Shown piece after piece: positions 39,061 through 50,940 of a stretch of DNA of 64,000 nucleotides; position 1 is the first letter of the stretch; each line of letters starts with the position of its first letter. The notes under the pieces were generated by a model, which saw only the letters and a list, made by a program, of their open reading frames with translations, had not been told where the DNA came from and ran no database searches. A program made the position numbers and the translations under genes. The stretch comes from a virus (taxonomy: Duplodnaviria > Caudoviricetes), in the IMG/VR virus record IMGVR_UViG_3300031992_000016, positions 1-64,000 of that record. One strand, given 5' to 3'.

Positions 39061-39174
39061 AAGATGGAAAGCCGGCTCATTACAGCAATGTTAGCCAGAG
39101 TAGTATAAAAGGCAAGTACAGCGCAGATGACAATGCGAAGATTTCGGTTCGACTCCGAACTAAAAATCCATCTT
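39061..39174 (+). ncRNA. ACAGCAA-family RNA, copy 7, enclosing an acceptor-less tRNA core
   Basis: AAGATGGA/TCCATCTT stem; TACAGCAA; D arm GTAT/GTAC, CGCA-GATGACAA-TGCG, T arm TTCGG-TTCGACT-CCGAA. Confidence 0.65.
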
Positions 39175-39181
39175 GAAATAT

Positions 39182-39270
39182 GGGCGTGTGGCCGAGAGGC
39201 TGAAGGCTATGGTCCTGAAAACCATCGTGGTGATGAGCCACCGTAGGTTCGAATCCTACCGCGCTCGCCA
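39182..39270 (+). tRNA. tRNA-Ser(TGA)
   Basis: Cloverleaf with long variable arm, CCA. Confidence 0.95.
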
Positions 39271-39315
39271 GTATAAAGACTACAATAAGTAGTCTTTTAT
39301 TTTTTTACAAATATA

Positions 39316-39978
39316 ATGACCGAGGAGGATTTTAATATGAAAGTTCAACATGCTGTTGGTAATGCTGCCGCAATTGCAGCACTTCCTGTTACCCCAGGTA
39401 AAATTTATTTTTCTAAAGACACCAAAAAGATTTTCTTTGATACTGCTGATGGTCGTATTGAAATCAACAGTGATGTAGTCGCACAAGTAGCTAATTTACT
39501 TGCTGCAGTAAATGTTTTAAATGGCGATGCTAATGTAGCAGGCTCAGTTGCTAATGTTGCAAATGCCGCTGCCGCACGTAAGGTCGCTGAAATTGTTGGC
39601 GATGCTGATGAAAATTTAGATACTCTTGAAGAAATCGCTACTTGGATTAGTTCTGATGAAGGCGGAAAAGCTGCTGCCGCATTAGCTAGTCGCGTAGAGA
39701 CTGTTGAAAATACTTTACAGGGCATGAGTGATCATGGTTCTCGTATTAGTGGTTTAGAGTCCTCAATGCAATTAGTTGTTACTAATAGCCAGTTGGCTAA
39801 TTATGCTTTAAAAACTGATTTGAATGATTTAGTAACAAATACCGCATTGACCACTGCTCTTGCTGATTATGTACAAAATGCAGCTTTAGCTACCTATGCT
39901 ACCAAAGCTGCACTTGATGCTTTGGATACTCGTGTTACTGCTCTTGAAACCGCTAATGATGAAGGTGCTGGTGCTTAA
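39316..39978 (+). CDS. Fiber/decoration-like coiled-coil protein
   Basis: PGKIYFSKDT, GSVA...AEIVGDADENLDTLEEIATWI, YATKA repeats. Confidence 0.7.
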   Translation: MTEEDFNMKVQHAVGNAAAIAALPVTPGKIYFSKDTKKIFFDTADGRIEINSDVVAQVANLLAAVNVLNGDANVAGSVANVANAAAARKVAEIVGDADENLDTLEEIATWISSDEGGKAAAALASRVETVENTLQGMSDHGSRISGLESSMQLVVTNSQLANYALKTDLNDLVTNTALTTALADYVQNAALATYATKAALDALDTRVTALETANDEGAGA

Positions 39979-41120
39979 TGGAACCAGTTGCAGGTGTTAT
40001 TACAGCTTCAGGTTGGAGTTTTGGTTTTAATCGTTATTATATGGAAAGTAATCAAGCACCTATAATTAGCGGATATAGTAGGCGTTGTAAAAGTTCTTCA
40101 ACTGGTAATGGAAAAGCATATTTTTCTAATATCCCCGCCAATTATCATCCAATTAGTTTGGTTTTAAGTGTAGGTAGTTGGAGTACAAGTTAGAATACGC
40201 CTAGTGCTGGTATGGCATATGTTTTGTATGATTATGATACACCATCACATTATGTTGTACTTTGGACTGGAGTGGCTTCAAGCGCATGGTCAGAGATTGT
40301 TAATTCTATCTGCGCGAATTGGAACCAAGATGGTACTTATTACGACGGAGATTATCTATATATTAATGATATGCGTATTTGGAATACTTTAGCTGGTGCT
40401 TCAACAATTATTTTGCATGTTTATACTACCGCATCAAAAACTGAATATTCAACTCATATTCATTAGACATATGGCTCAAATGTCGGTATGTTGTATTATG
40501 CTAAAGATAATAAAGCACCAATTAACTGTTAGATTAAATGGCCTGCAGCAAATAATCGTTCTACATATAATACAACGCCATATTTTAAAGCAGTCGCTAC
40601 TGATGAAGATGGCGATTAGATTCAATATAAATTTGAAACATACCAATACAATAATGGTGGAACTCCGACATTAATTCAAGAATCAACAACTACTCCAGCC
40701 AATAGCGGCACAGAGGTAGTATGGCATGCGACAACAGCATGTACAGGAGATGCTTAGAATAAATATATTATAAAAGTTACACCTATTGATACTAATGATG
40801 TAGCTGGTGCTTCAGTACAATATGTATTTATTGAAGAAAGCCCTCCTGTTGTACCAATTGGTTTAATTACACTTGTGAATTTAGAAACATATCGTAATTA
40901 TACTAATACAATGTATAATTGGTATGGCATGACTTTGCCGACTTGGACTACAAAAGCAATTGGAGATCCGATTTTACACAGCGATGTTGCAGAGTTAAAA
41001 ACTAAAATAGAAGGTTTGCCAAATACTGCTAGTGGTGCTGTTTCATTAGCTTCACAATATACGACAATTCGTACAAATACATCATTAAATAATATGAAAA
41101 CTGCATTAACACGTGCATAA
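39978..41120 (+). CDS. Virion-associated-like protein with Ig-like segment, 380 aa, 5 TAG
   Basis: ORF fragments 39978, 40212 and 40875 share one frame; ATDEDGD[TAG]IQY motif. Confidence 0.8.
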
Positions 41121-41156
41121 ATTAAGCCCCTCATTTGAGGGGCTTAATTTTTTTTG
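41121..41156 (+). terminator. Rho-independent terminator
   Basis: ATTAAGCCCCTCA-TT-TGAGGGGCTTAAT followed by a T-run. Confidence 0.85.
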
Positions 41157-41214
41157 CCTTTTTTATTTTTTTATGTTATAATATAAATGAAAAATAAAAA
41201 GGAGGTTAATTTAT

Positions 41215-41601
41215 ATGAAACGCCTTATTACTCTTTTTTTGACATTATGTTTATTTATATATCCACTCGCGGCATATGCGACAGAAGTAGAATCATAGAC
41301 TGTAAATTTAGATGGCGTAGAACTAATTATTCCAGAACCTGACCCATGTCTTACCAGTGTTCGTATTGATTGGAAGATGGGACGTCCAAGCGTAGTAGAA
41401 GAAAATACTCCTCTTACTTTAACGAGTACATTAGAGGGTATTAGAATTGATGAATTAGTTTTATCATATCAATGGTATTATGACAAACATGATGGTCAAG
41501 GTTTTGTTCCAATTTCGGGCGCAAATTCTAAATCATATAGTTTCCCAGCAACCGCCGCAACTTTAAGTTATGATTATAAATTAATTGTTACTTATCAATA
41601 A
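41215..41601 (+). CDS. Secreted Ig-like protein with 1 TAG
   Basis: Signal peptide AYA; LSYQWY...ISGANSKSY. Confidence 0.75.
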
Positions 41602-41686
41602 ATAACAGGGCTGTATAAAACAGCCCTTGATTTTTTTTATTTTTTTTGATATAATATATATAGAAAATCAATAGGAGGTTCTATAT

Positions 41687-42247
41687 ATGAAAGCATATCT
41701 CGCTGGTAGTATTTTTTATCTTGGCGATAAATTTAGAAATGAATACTTCTCTTAGAAATTGCGCGAGGCTTTCCCAGATTTAGATTTATATAATCCATTA
41801 GAAAATACTGCGATTAATGATAAAACTAAATTTGCCGATGCGAGAGCTATTGCTGATGGAGACAATGAACGTTTAAACAATAGTGATATTCTAATTGCTT
41901 GTATTGATGGAGATGTATTACCAAGTGGCACATGTTCAGAAATTGGAAAATTCCATGAAAAAATTGCACGCGGCGACCATAAGTTACTTGTGGGAATTTG
42001 TACTGATACACGTCAGCAATATCTCACTCATAGTGCAGAAAAAGATAGCACATACAACGAACCCGGTGAGTGCCAATATTGTTATGAAAATCTATATGTT
42101 ACTGGACTCATTAAGCAAGCGGGCACTTTGGTAACAAATATTGAAGATGCTATTAAAGCTATTTCTATTTGGTTAGATCAAAAGGATATAAAAGCTTTTA
42201 TTAATGATTATCATACATTTTGGGAGGAAGGGTCTGAATGGCGGTAA
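41687..42247 (+). CDS. Nucleoside 2-deoxyribosyltransferase family, 1 TAG
   Basis: MKAYLAG, YNP, D..RL..SD, SGTCSEIG, NLYV.G. Confidence 0.85.
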
Positions 42248-43524
42248 ATTATTCTTTACGAGAAAAACCTCGTAATTGGAAAGACGCAATTGGTTATACT
42301 CTATAGTTTGTATTTGCGGTCCTAACCGCAACTATTTTAATCGCAACTATCTGCGGAACCAGCATCGCGGCAGGTCTCGTCGCAGCAGGTATCGGCACAT
42401 TAACTTTTTTGTGTATCACAGGTTTTAAAGCGCCAATAGTGATTAGTAATAGCGGCGCTACGGTATCTGCGGTAGTAGGTGCATTAGCTCTATCTAGTGC
42501 AGTTGAAACTAATTTCGCTGGTGTTATTTTAGGTGGCGCGGTAATCGCAGTTATTTATGGAGCAGCAGCATTGGCAATTAAGAAATGGGGCATTCAATGG
42601 TTACAGAAGCTAATTCCGCCACTAATTTCGGGGACAACCATATTAGTAATCGGTATTACATTGGCTGCATTTATTCCGACATACGCACTTGTGGGTGGCA
42701 GCTATTCGTTATGGGGCATCCTTATTGCGGGGATTACAGCAATAACCACAGTTCTGTGTATGCATTATGGGAAGAGCTTAGTCAAGACAATGCCTTTCTT
42801 AATTGGTTTGCTAGTAGGGTACATTGTCAGTTTTGTCCTAACTTTAACAAATGTTGCTCCATTAGTCAACATGGACGCATTGAAGATTTCAAGTGTCTTT
42901 ACTGTTCCCCAATTTGCCTTCTTGCAAACGAACTTCAATACTTTCGATTGGTCAGCTCTACCGCAAATCATTCTCTCATTTGGAATGGTAGCACTTGCGG
43001 CAATGACTGAGCACATTGGAGATATGACGACTGCTTCTGCTGTAACTGGATATAATCTATTAGAAACTCCTGGTTTGCATCGCACATTACTTGGTGATGG
43101 CGTAGGTAGTTTAATGGGTACTATTGTTGGCGGATAGCCCAATACCACTTATAGTGAATATACTTCTACAATGGCAATTAGCGGAGTTTATAGCACTTGG
43201 TACACATTATATACTGCTATTGTTTTAATCGCACTTGGTTTTATTGCACCATTTAATGCTTTCTTAATGGCATTACCTAATGCGGTATTTGCTGGTGTAT
43301 CAATAGTAGCATATGGTATGATTGCTCTTGCTGGTTTGCGCACTATTGTAAATGCAAATATTGATTTTAGCAATAGTAAAAATCAAATTATATTTGCGGC
43401 AATGGTAACAACCGGATTGAGTGGTTTAGCAATTACATATGGAGCATTTAATTTAACAGGCATTGCGCTTGCAATGATTGTCGGTGTGCTATTGAATGTA
43501 ATTTTAAAAAATAAGGGAGAGTAA
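42238..43524 (+). CDS. NCS2/UraA-family nucleobase permease, 2 TAG
   Basis: L[TAG]FVFA (conserved TM1 Gln), EHIGD, PGLHRTLLGDG, GG[TAG]PNTTYSE, YGMIA..G.R. Confidence 0.9.
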
Positions 43525-43626
43525 TCTCCCTTGATTTTTTTTAAAATTTTTGGTATAATATATATGTAAGATAAAGAAAAGTCCTACGGTCTTGAAAAAG
43601 ACTAAGAGAAAAAGGAGAGAAAAAAA

Positions 43627-45159
43627 ATGAGTGAATTTCTTAACAGCTTAAAGGTTGCTACTAACATGACCCATACGACTAATGGCGCTCTTACCTATAA
43701 GTCTACGCTTAACAAGGTGTATGATTTGTTCGCTCAGGGTGCGGCTATGCGTAATGGCGATGAATCTATGTGTCGTTCTTTGTTTATGTCTGCATATCAT
43801 GAAAATCCTACGCTGGCATTAAAGTGTCTGTTCTATTTGCGTGATATTCGTGGCGGTCAAGGCGAGCGGCGCTTCTTCCGCATTGCTATTCGTTCACTGG
43901 CTCAGAAGTATCAAAAGGAAATGTCTAATCTGGTAAAGTATATTCCTGAATTTGGTCGGTGGGATGACCTATATACTCTTGTAGATACCCCTCTGGAAAA
44001 TGAAGCATTTGCTTTTATGAAGAAGCAGATTATGCTGGACTTGGACAGCAAGACCCCTTCTTTGCTTGCTAAGTGGCTGAAGTCTGAGAATACCTCTTCT
44101 CAGGAGTCTGTGCGCTTGGCAACTAAGACTCGTCTGGCTTTCGGTCTGTCTGCGCGGCGTTATCGTAAGATGCTGTCTCTGCTTCGTAATCGTATTAACA
44201 TCGTTGAAACTCTGATGTCTCAGAACCGCTGGGACGAGATTGAGTTTGATAAGCTGCCTTCTCGGGCTGGTATTATTTATAAGAATGCATTCGCACGCCA
44301 TGACATTACTAAGGCTCGTTATGAAGCATTTATTAAGGATGAGAACACTAAGGTCAATACCGGAACTCTTTATCCTTATGATGTTGTTCATGAAGTATCT
44401 AAGTTGTGGAAGGGTTGGTATAACTATAAGCTGACTAAGGACGTCAATGACGTTGAACGTTTGGCCATCAATAAGTATTGGGATAATCTGACCGATTATT
44501 TCAATGGTGCAACTCTGAACGCGCTGGCTGTTGTAGATACCTCCGGTTCTATGACTAGTGGGTCTGGAAATATTGCTCCTATTGATGTCGCTATCGCTCT
44601 CGGTATGTATTGCGCTGACCGTGCGCAGGGACCTTTCCATAATCACTTTGTTTCTTTCAGCCGCCGTCCTGAGTTGATTGAAATTGAGGGTGTGGATTTC
44701 TGCGAGAAGGTAAGCAATATCTATCGTCAGAACCTGTGTGAGAATACCAACATCGAAGCTACCTTTGATTTGCTTCTTAACACTGCAAAGCGCGCTCATC
44801 TGCGTCAGGATCAGCTTCCTCAGTCTCTGATTATCATCAGCGATATGCAGTTTGACCGGGCAACTGGCCGCTACTGTAATGATGATGAAATGGATGCATG
44901 GGCTAACACTTTGTTTGAAACTATTAATCAGCGCTGGGAAAATGCCGGATATGAGATGCCTCATCTTATCTTCTGGAACGTAAATGCTGCTTCTGGTGGC
45001 GGAAACATTCCTATGCGCGACAGTGGAAATGTTACTTACGTCAGCGGTGCTTCTCCTGTTATTCTGGAACAGGTGCTTACGGGCAAGACTGGCCAGGATG
45101 TCATGCTGGACAAGCTGATGTCTGAACGCTACGCTGTTATCAAGTCTATTACTGAGTAA
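43627..45159 (+). CDS. DUF2828-family protein (helical TROVE/Ro60-like N-terminus plus vWA domain)
   Basis: TNGA..Y.ST, FYLRDIRGGQGER, GRWDDL, LLAKWL.SE, LYPYDVV, VVDTSGSM, IISDMQFD, IFWNV, VSG.SP. Confidence 0.85.
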   Translation: MSEFLNSLKVATNMTHTTNGALTYKSTLNKVYDLFAQGAAMRNGDESMCRSLFMSAYHENPTLALKCLFYLRDIRGGQGERRFFRIAIRSLAQKYQKEMSNLVKYIPEFGRWDDLYTLVDTPLENEAFAFMKKQIMLDLDSKTPSLLAKWLKSENTSSQESVRLATKTRLAFGLSARRYRKMLSLLRNRINIVETLMSQNRWDEIEFDKLPSRAGIIYKNAFARHDITKARYEAFIKDENTKVNTGTLYPYDVVHEVSKLWKGWYNYKLTKDVNDVERLAINKYWDNLTDYFNGATLNALAVVDTSGSMTSGSGNIAPIDVAIALGMYCADRAQGPFHNHFVSFSRRPELIEIEGVDFCEKVSNIYRQNLCENTNIEATFDLLLNTAKRAHLRQDQLPQSLIIISDMQFDRATGRYCNDDEMDAWANTLFETINQRWENAGYEMPHLIFWNVNAASGGGNIPMRDSGNVTYVSGASPVILEQVLTGKTGQDVMLDKLMSERYAVIKSITE

Positions 45160-45434
45160 CTTATATACAAGGCTGAGTAAATCTCAGCCTTGATTTTTTT
45201 TATATTTTTTGGTATAATATATAAGGAAGGTGAAAGAAATGAAAGAGTTTGAATTTTTGCCAAAGCAAATTTTCCTTGAATGGTATGAAACAAATCGTAT
45301 TAAACCTGGTAAATATTATTGGGTTGTAGAAGAAGAAGATGGGTGGCAACGTCAATTGCGTTATCCCATTATGAATTATCGTCCAGATTTGGCAGCGGCT
45401 GCCACGAATCCTCAATATATAGGAGTGAATTATT

Positions 45435-46238
45435 ATGCTCTTTAATAAAACGCAGGAACAAAAACAGAAAATTCTTGACAAGGTTCAAAATCATCATTAT
45501 TTCGTCGAAAATTATTTGCCAGATGAAGTAATTTTTACAGCACTAATTGGTAGTCAAAATTATAATTTAGATACTGAGAATAGTGATATTGACACTATTA
45601 CATTTATTTTGCCGTCTTTATCTTCCTTTTATACAACAGAACAATTAATTTCAAAAGAATATGAACTTGAAGATGGCAAAGCAGTAATTAAAGATATTCG
45701 TTTATTTTTTAAGCTTTTGCGCAAAAGTTCGCCCAATAGTATTGAATGGATTTGCAGCCATTATATGTATATTAATCCAACATATGAAACTGTTATTGAG
45801 CGGATGCGCAATGATTGCAATCTATTAAGCAGCTGCGATATACTCAATATGCTACATGCAATTGCTGGCACCGCAACACAGTTACATGGTAGAAATATGA
45901 CTATTGGTAAGCGTTTCTCACATGTTTTACGTTTAGATGATATGATGTACACTTATACAGTTAATTTTGAAAATGGCGATTTCTTAGCGCTGCGGCCTGG
46001 CGATATGCGCATGGCATTAGATGCAAAAACTGGTCATTGTAATTTAACTGATGATGAAATCAAAAGTGAATGTGATAAATTAACCACAAAGATTAATCAA
46101 GAAGTTACTGATTATCATTTAACTTCTATCGACATTAATCGCATGGCGCTTGCGCGAGCACTTTTAAAATTTCATGAAAGACGCTTATTTGAGACTTACT
46201 TGCATACCCAGGGATTTGAAAAAATTAAAAAAATTTGA
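45435..46238 (+). CDS. Pol-beta-superfamily nucleotidyltransferase
   Basis: GSQNYNLDTENSDID; K.SPN.IE. Confidence 0.8.
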   Translation: MLFNKTQEQKQKILDKVQNHHYFVENYLPDEVIFTALIGSQNYNLDTENSDIDTITFILPSLSSFYTTEQLISKEYELEDGKAVIKDIRLFFKLLRKSSPNSIEWICSHYMYINPTYETVIERMRNDCNLLSSCDILNMLHAIAGTATQLHGRNMTIGKRFSHVLRLDDMMYTYTVNFENGDFLALRPGDMRMALDAKTGHCNLTDDEIKSECDKLTTKINQEVTDYHLTSIDINRMALARALLKFHERRLFETYLHTQGFEKIKKI

Positions 46239-46267
46239 TATAATATATATAGAAAGTGAGGGATTAA

Positions 46268-46558
46268 GTGATGGCTATGAAGGTTTGGTTTGAAGATGCT
46301 AATGGCAATGAGCGGATTATTAAAAATACTGCTTTGACCTGGGCAGAGGTTGATCAAGCTATCAATGAATTTATTCGGCGATGCAATATCAATAAGATAA
46401 ACCAAGCTAAGCGGTTGTATGGCGACCAGTATGATGAGTCTAAGGTTAATCTCTTCAAACGGTATTATACTCGGGTATGGAAGCAAGAGGATGGCCGAAC
46501 CAAGATTGACGTAGGTTCTCATAGTGAGTTCTTCTTATGGGAGGGAACGTATGAGTAA
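46268..46558 (+). CDS. Hypothetical phage protein
   Basis: YYTRVW...DVGSHSEFF. Confidence 0.75.
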   Translation: MMAMKVWFEDANGNERIIKNTALTWAEVDQAINEFIRRCNINKINQAKRLYGDQYDESKVNLFKRYYTRVWKQEDGRTKIDVGSHSEFFLWEGTYE

Positions 46559-47075
46559 AAGTTGGTTTTTGCATGAAATTGATTATAGTCGTATTCCTCC
46601 AAGAGATAATGGCTATTGGGAAATTCGTGGCAATAAGCCTCAACCTAACACAATCATTCAAGTATATAACATGATGGGCGGTCATCATGATTATAAAGTT
46701 ACTGAATTGGATGAATTTATTTACTCTGATTGGGAGACAGTAGGACGTCGTAGATATACAGAAAATCAGAAATCAGATTATGGATGGATTGATTTAGAAG
46801 GTAATTTTTATGGTTGTGATTGGGCCGAACATAGAGATTGCGCATATATATGTTTTGGCCTAACTGAGTTAGATGCTGAACGCCAAGGCTATGTAAAAAT
46901 TTATTATGATAAATCTAATGCCAAATATGATAATTATCATTACCGTCCTGATGGTTTAGGCTGGTACTGCGATCGTCCCTTAACTGATGCGCAGATAGCT
47001 AAATTAAATGAACGAGGTTTCTCTGCCAACAGAGAAAGAGAGGATTTGTTATATGACGACGGATATGATGATTAA
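46551..47075 (+). CDS. Hypothetical protein
   Basis: GWIDLEGNFYGC...H motif. Confidence 0.7.
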   Translation: MSKSWFLHEIDYSRIPPRDNGYWEIRGNKPQPNTIIQVYNMMGGHHDYKVTELDEFIYSDWETVGRRRYTENQKSDYGWIDLEGNFYGCDWAEHRDCAYICFGLTELDAERQGYVKIYYDKSNAKYDNYHYRPDGLGWYCDRPLTDAQIAKLNERGFSANREREDLLYDDGYDD

Positions 47076-47248
47076 ACGAATTAATGAATTAGAAAGCACT
47101 GTACAAAGGTATGAAGCAGAAAATTTCGCATTGCGTGTGGAGCTTAATAGGCTTCGAGATGAATCAGCAACAATACAACAGCAAGCCGAATTTGGCAAAG
47201 CAACTGAAACTTTTATTAAAGAAATCAAAAGGATTATGAGGTGAGATT

Positions 47249-48652
47249 ATGGCATATTGTGGATATGTAGTTAAGGTAGAACATCTTCGTAAGCATACCA
47301 ATGCGGACCGTCTGCAAATTGCTACTTTTTTTGGTAATGATACTATTGTTGGTATGAACACTCAGTACGGTGATATTGGTGTTTATTTCCCTGTTGATGG
47401 TCAGTTATCTGAGCGCTTTTGTGAGGTAAATGACCTTGTGCGCCGCAAGGATGAAAACGGTAAGCAGGTTGGCGGTTATCTTGACCCTGATAAGCGTAAC
47501 ATAAAGGCCTTGAAGCTGCGTGGTGAAAAGTCTGATGGTCTTTATCTGCCTATTACTTGTTTAGCTGACTTCTGCAAGATTTCTGATTTGAAGGTTGGTG
47601 ACACTATTGATACTGTCAATGGTGAGCTGATTTGCCAGAAGTACATTCCTCATTCTAATGCTCGCACTCATGCTGGCGGTGCGAAGGGTGTAAAGAAGGT
47701 CAAGGCCAACATCGCACCTACTTTCTATGAACATGTTGATACTGCTCAGTTGGCTTATAACCTCAACGCTTTTAAGCCTGGTGATACTGTTCAGCTGACC
47801 TTGAAGATGCATGGCACTTCTGGTCGTACTGGGTATCTACCTCTGGTACATGTAAAGCAAACTTGGTTTGATAAGTTGTTCCATCGTCCTGGCAAGGAAT
47901 ATAAGGAGTATGGTTATATTACTGGCACTCGTCGTGTAGTCCTGGATGGGAAGCGCACTGGTGGTTTCTATGACTCTGATGATTTCCGTGAAGCTATGGC
48001 TGCCAAGTTCGATGGTAAGCTCCGTAAGGGCGAAGTTGCCTATTATGAAATCGTTGGATTCCAGGGACCTAATGGTGCTCCTATTATGAGCCAGGTTCAG
48101 AACTCTAAGGTAAAGGACCCTGAATTTACTAAGCAGTATGGTTCAGTAACTACTTTCTCTTATGGTTGTGAGCAAGATGGTGGCTATGAAGCTAAGAGCA
48201 TCCTTGATCCTGGCGTAGAATTTAACAAGGCTCCTTGCTGTGAAGTGTATGTCTATCGTATGACTATGGTCAATGAAGATGGTGATGTAGTAGAATATTC
48301 TCCTGCTCAGATTAAGGAGCGTTGTGAGCAGATGGGTATTCATACTGTAATGGAATTTGAAACCTTCATAATTCCTGATATGATTCAGCTACCTGACGAT
48401 GTTGGGTCTTTACAGGCGGTCGATGCTGGCGAATATGTTCTTCGTAAGGTTGAGCAGTATTTCGATGGTCCTGACCCTATCGGTAAGACCCATGTGCGCG
48501 AAGGAGTAGTTGCTCGTATCCTTAACCGTACTAACTTCGCAGTTTATAAGCACAAGAACTTCTCTTTCAAGGTGTTGGAAGGCATTGCCAAGGATGAAGC
48601 TACCGCGCCTGACATTGAAGAGGCTCAGGAAATAATGGAAGATGGAGTTTAA
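47249..48652 (+). CDS. RNA ligase (DRB0094/Rnl2-like) with N-terminal OB domain
   Basis: H.NADRL, YFP.DG, KLRGEKSDG; motif I TLKMHGTS; EGVV; K.K. Confidence 0.85.
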   Translation: MAYCGYVVKVEHLRKHTNADRLQIATFFGNDTIVGMNTQYGDIGVYFPVDGQLSERFCEVNDLVRRKDENGKQVGGYLDPDKRNIKALKLRGEKSDGLYLPITCLADFCKISDLKVGDTIDTVNGELICQKYIPHSNARTHAGGAKGVKKVKANIAPTFYEHVDTAQLAYNLNAFKPGDTVQLTLKMHGTSGRTGYLPLVHVKQTWFDKLFHRPGKEYKEYGYITGTRRVVLDGKRTGGFYDSDDFREAMAAKFDGKLRKGEVAYYEIVGFQGPNGAPIMSQVQNSKVKDPEFTKQYGSVTTFSYGCEQDGGYEAKSILDPGVEFNKAPCCEVYVYRMTMVNEDGDVVEYSPAQIKERCEQMGIHTVMEFETFIIPDMIQLPDDVGSLQAVDAGEYVLRKVEQYFDGPDPIGKTHVREGVVARILNRTNFAVYKHKNFSFKVLEGIAKDEATAPDIEEAQEIMEDGV

Positions 48653-49672
48653 TTTATGAATAGAGAACAATATAGACGTTGGGCTAAAACTAATAAAAAA
48701 CATTTTACAGACACTTGTCCTTATTGCAAACGTGATACTCGTTTTATCTTCGCTGAGGATGTACCTGGCGAAGTAACTGTAAAATGTGCTGTATGTGATG
48801 CGGTTGTTAATTCAGAACCTGAACTTAAAGAATTTGGCGTGAAGGGCGTGTATATGCCCTTCCCGCTTCGCACACTGGAAGCAATTATTCTATCTGCGAG
48901 GATGCAAAAGCAAAAAGAACAAGAGCAGAAGGAGAAAATGCTGAAAGATGAAATATCTGATAGTGCTCGGATATCGTGACTCAAATACGCATAAAACAAC
49001 TTATACTAATGGTTTTTGTAAAGAGATGCTCGATGGTAATGCGGCTAGAATACTCGCGCGTCAGAAAGAAATTGAATATCTGCGCTCATTAAATGTATGG
49101 AAACGAGTTGTAGAAAATGCACCTACTTTAGAAGCTGCCGCAGAAACTTTTAAAGATATGATAGCTTATATGGTATGCTGGCTACATAATTACGTCAATT
49201 TACCAGTTGTGCAAGTGTTACCATGGGAAATTATTTATCAAGAGTATATATTCTATAAGGAGGAGTATCATGACTAAGGAACAGAAAGTCGAGCAGCTTC
49301 AAGCGCGTAAAAAGAGGATCCTGTCGCGTGGTTATTATAATATGAGAATTGCGAATAAAATTGATCGCAAAATTAGGAGGATTCAAAATGGATGAATTTT
49401 TTAAAGTAATTGGAGTATTAGTGCTACTTGCGCTTCTTATCTTCCTCGGTCCGCTCGTTGTGATGATTGGTTGGAATTGTGCGCGAGAAGCATGGCCAAT
49501 GCTTCCAGTACTGTCTTATTGGCAGGTATTTTGGATGACAAATGGTTTGAGCCTGATTTTTAAAACAACCACAACTGGTCGCTACAAAAATGATTAATTA
49601 ATCAAGGGATTTACTCCCTTGATTTTTTTATAATTTTTTGATATAATATATATAGAAAGCGAGGGAAGAAGT

Positions 49673-50413
49673 ATGAACTACTATGCAATGGGTGACATTC
49701 ATGGCCGTGCAGATTTGTTCTGGAATGCAGTAGAATTTATGAGTCATGATGCTGCGCCAGGTAAGTGGCATTGTTATTTTCTTGGCGATGCCTGTGACCG
49801 TGGCCCTGATGGTTGGGAACTCATTAAAATCCTATTGGACAATCCTAACCTATTTACATATCTCTTGGGCAATCATGAAGATATGTTACTCAAAGCAATT
49901 GCATCATTAAAATCAGTAGCGCGATTTCATAATCTAGACATCACTGATTATGATGCAATAAGAGAGAATACTTATTCTCAAAACGTGGCACTTTGTGATT
50001 ATAATGGCGGCGACCCAACTATGAGAGCGGCGCTGAAAGACCCAAAGCTCAATGAATATGTTTTAAAGCTAAGACAGCTTCCACTTACTGCATCTCATGG
50101 AGTAATTGATATGTGCCATGCCGGTTGTACCATTGGCGATTGGGAGCGGTTAAAGGACGTTCGCAATGATGAGGCTATTGACATCTTCTGCTGGGACCGT
50201 GAGCATTTTGGGGCACCCTGGTATGAAAATCGTATTTTGCTTCATGGCCATACTCCAATAGTTAGCAGCCATTTTAGACCTTGGAAAGATTATGGCCCAT
50301 ATAAGACTGGCGAAAAAGTAAATCTTGATGCTGGCGCAGTTTGGACCAATGAACTTTATCTTTATGATTTTCAACAGCAAGATGTTGTAGTAATTCACGC
50401 TATTGAAAATTAA
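49673..50413 (+). CDS. Calcineurin-like Ser/Thr phosphatase (NinI/PrpA-like)
   Basis: GDIHG, GDACDRG, GNHE, HAG, HGHTP, DAGA. Confidence 0.85.
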   Translation: MNYYAMGDIHGRADLFWNAVEFMSHDAAPGKWHCYFLGDACDRGPDGWELIKILLDNPNLFTYLLGNHEDMLLKAIASLKSVARFHNLDITDYDAIRENTYSQNVALCDYNGGDPTMRAALKDPKLNEYVLKLRQLPLTASHGVIDMCHAGCTIGDWERLKDVRNDEAIDIFCWDREHFGAPWYENRILLHGHTPIVSSHFRPWKDYGPYKTGEKVNLDAGAVWTNELYLYDFQQQDVVVIHAIEN

Positions 50414-50940
50414 TAAAAAATTTGGTATAATATATATGTAAGATAAAGAAAGGGGTTTGGTAAGAAATGAAAGATACTTGCTATTGTATTTATCGTCATG
50501 ATGACCCTGACAATCCATTCTTTTTTGAAGATGCTGATTCTGCAATGTTCGTAATGAAGTACATTAATCCTGAGTACCGTGATAGATATAAGGTTGAAAA
50601 GTGTATGTCTCCGTTTATGGACCCTTGCGAAGCGATTGATAGAATTAACATGTTTGAAAATAAATATGGAGAGTGAGATATATGGCACGTGGAGTTAATG
50701 CTTTTGAATCTCATGACTTTTATTGTATGTGCTGCGGCAATAAAGGTATTCCGCTATCACGACAGGTTGGCAAAAACCGCGGCGCGCAACATCGCAAACT
50801 TCTATATTGTATCTACTGTCAAAAGCGCGTAAATCATATCGAATGTCGTAATGAGCAAGAAGTCAAAGCGTTCAAGGAGGATTTTGAAAATGGACTCTAT
50901 CTTGATGAAGCAGTCGCAGAACTTAACTATGCAGATGCCC

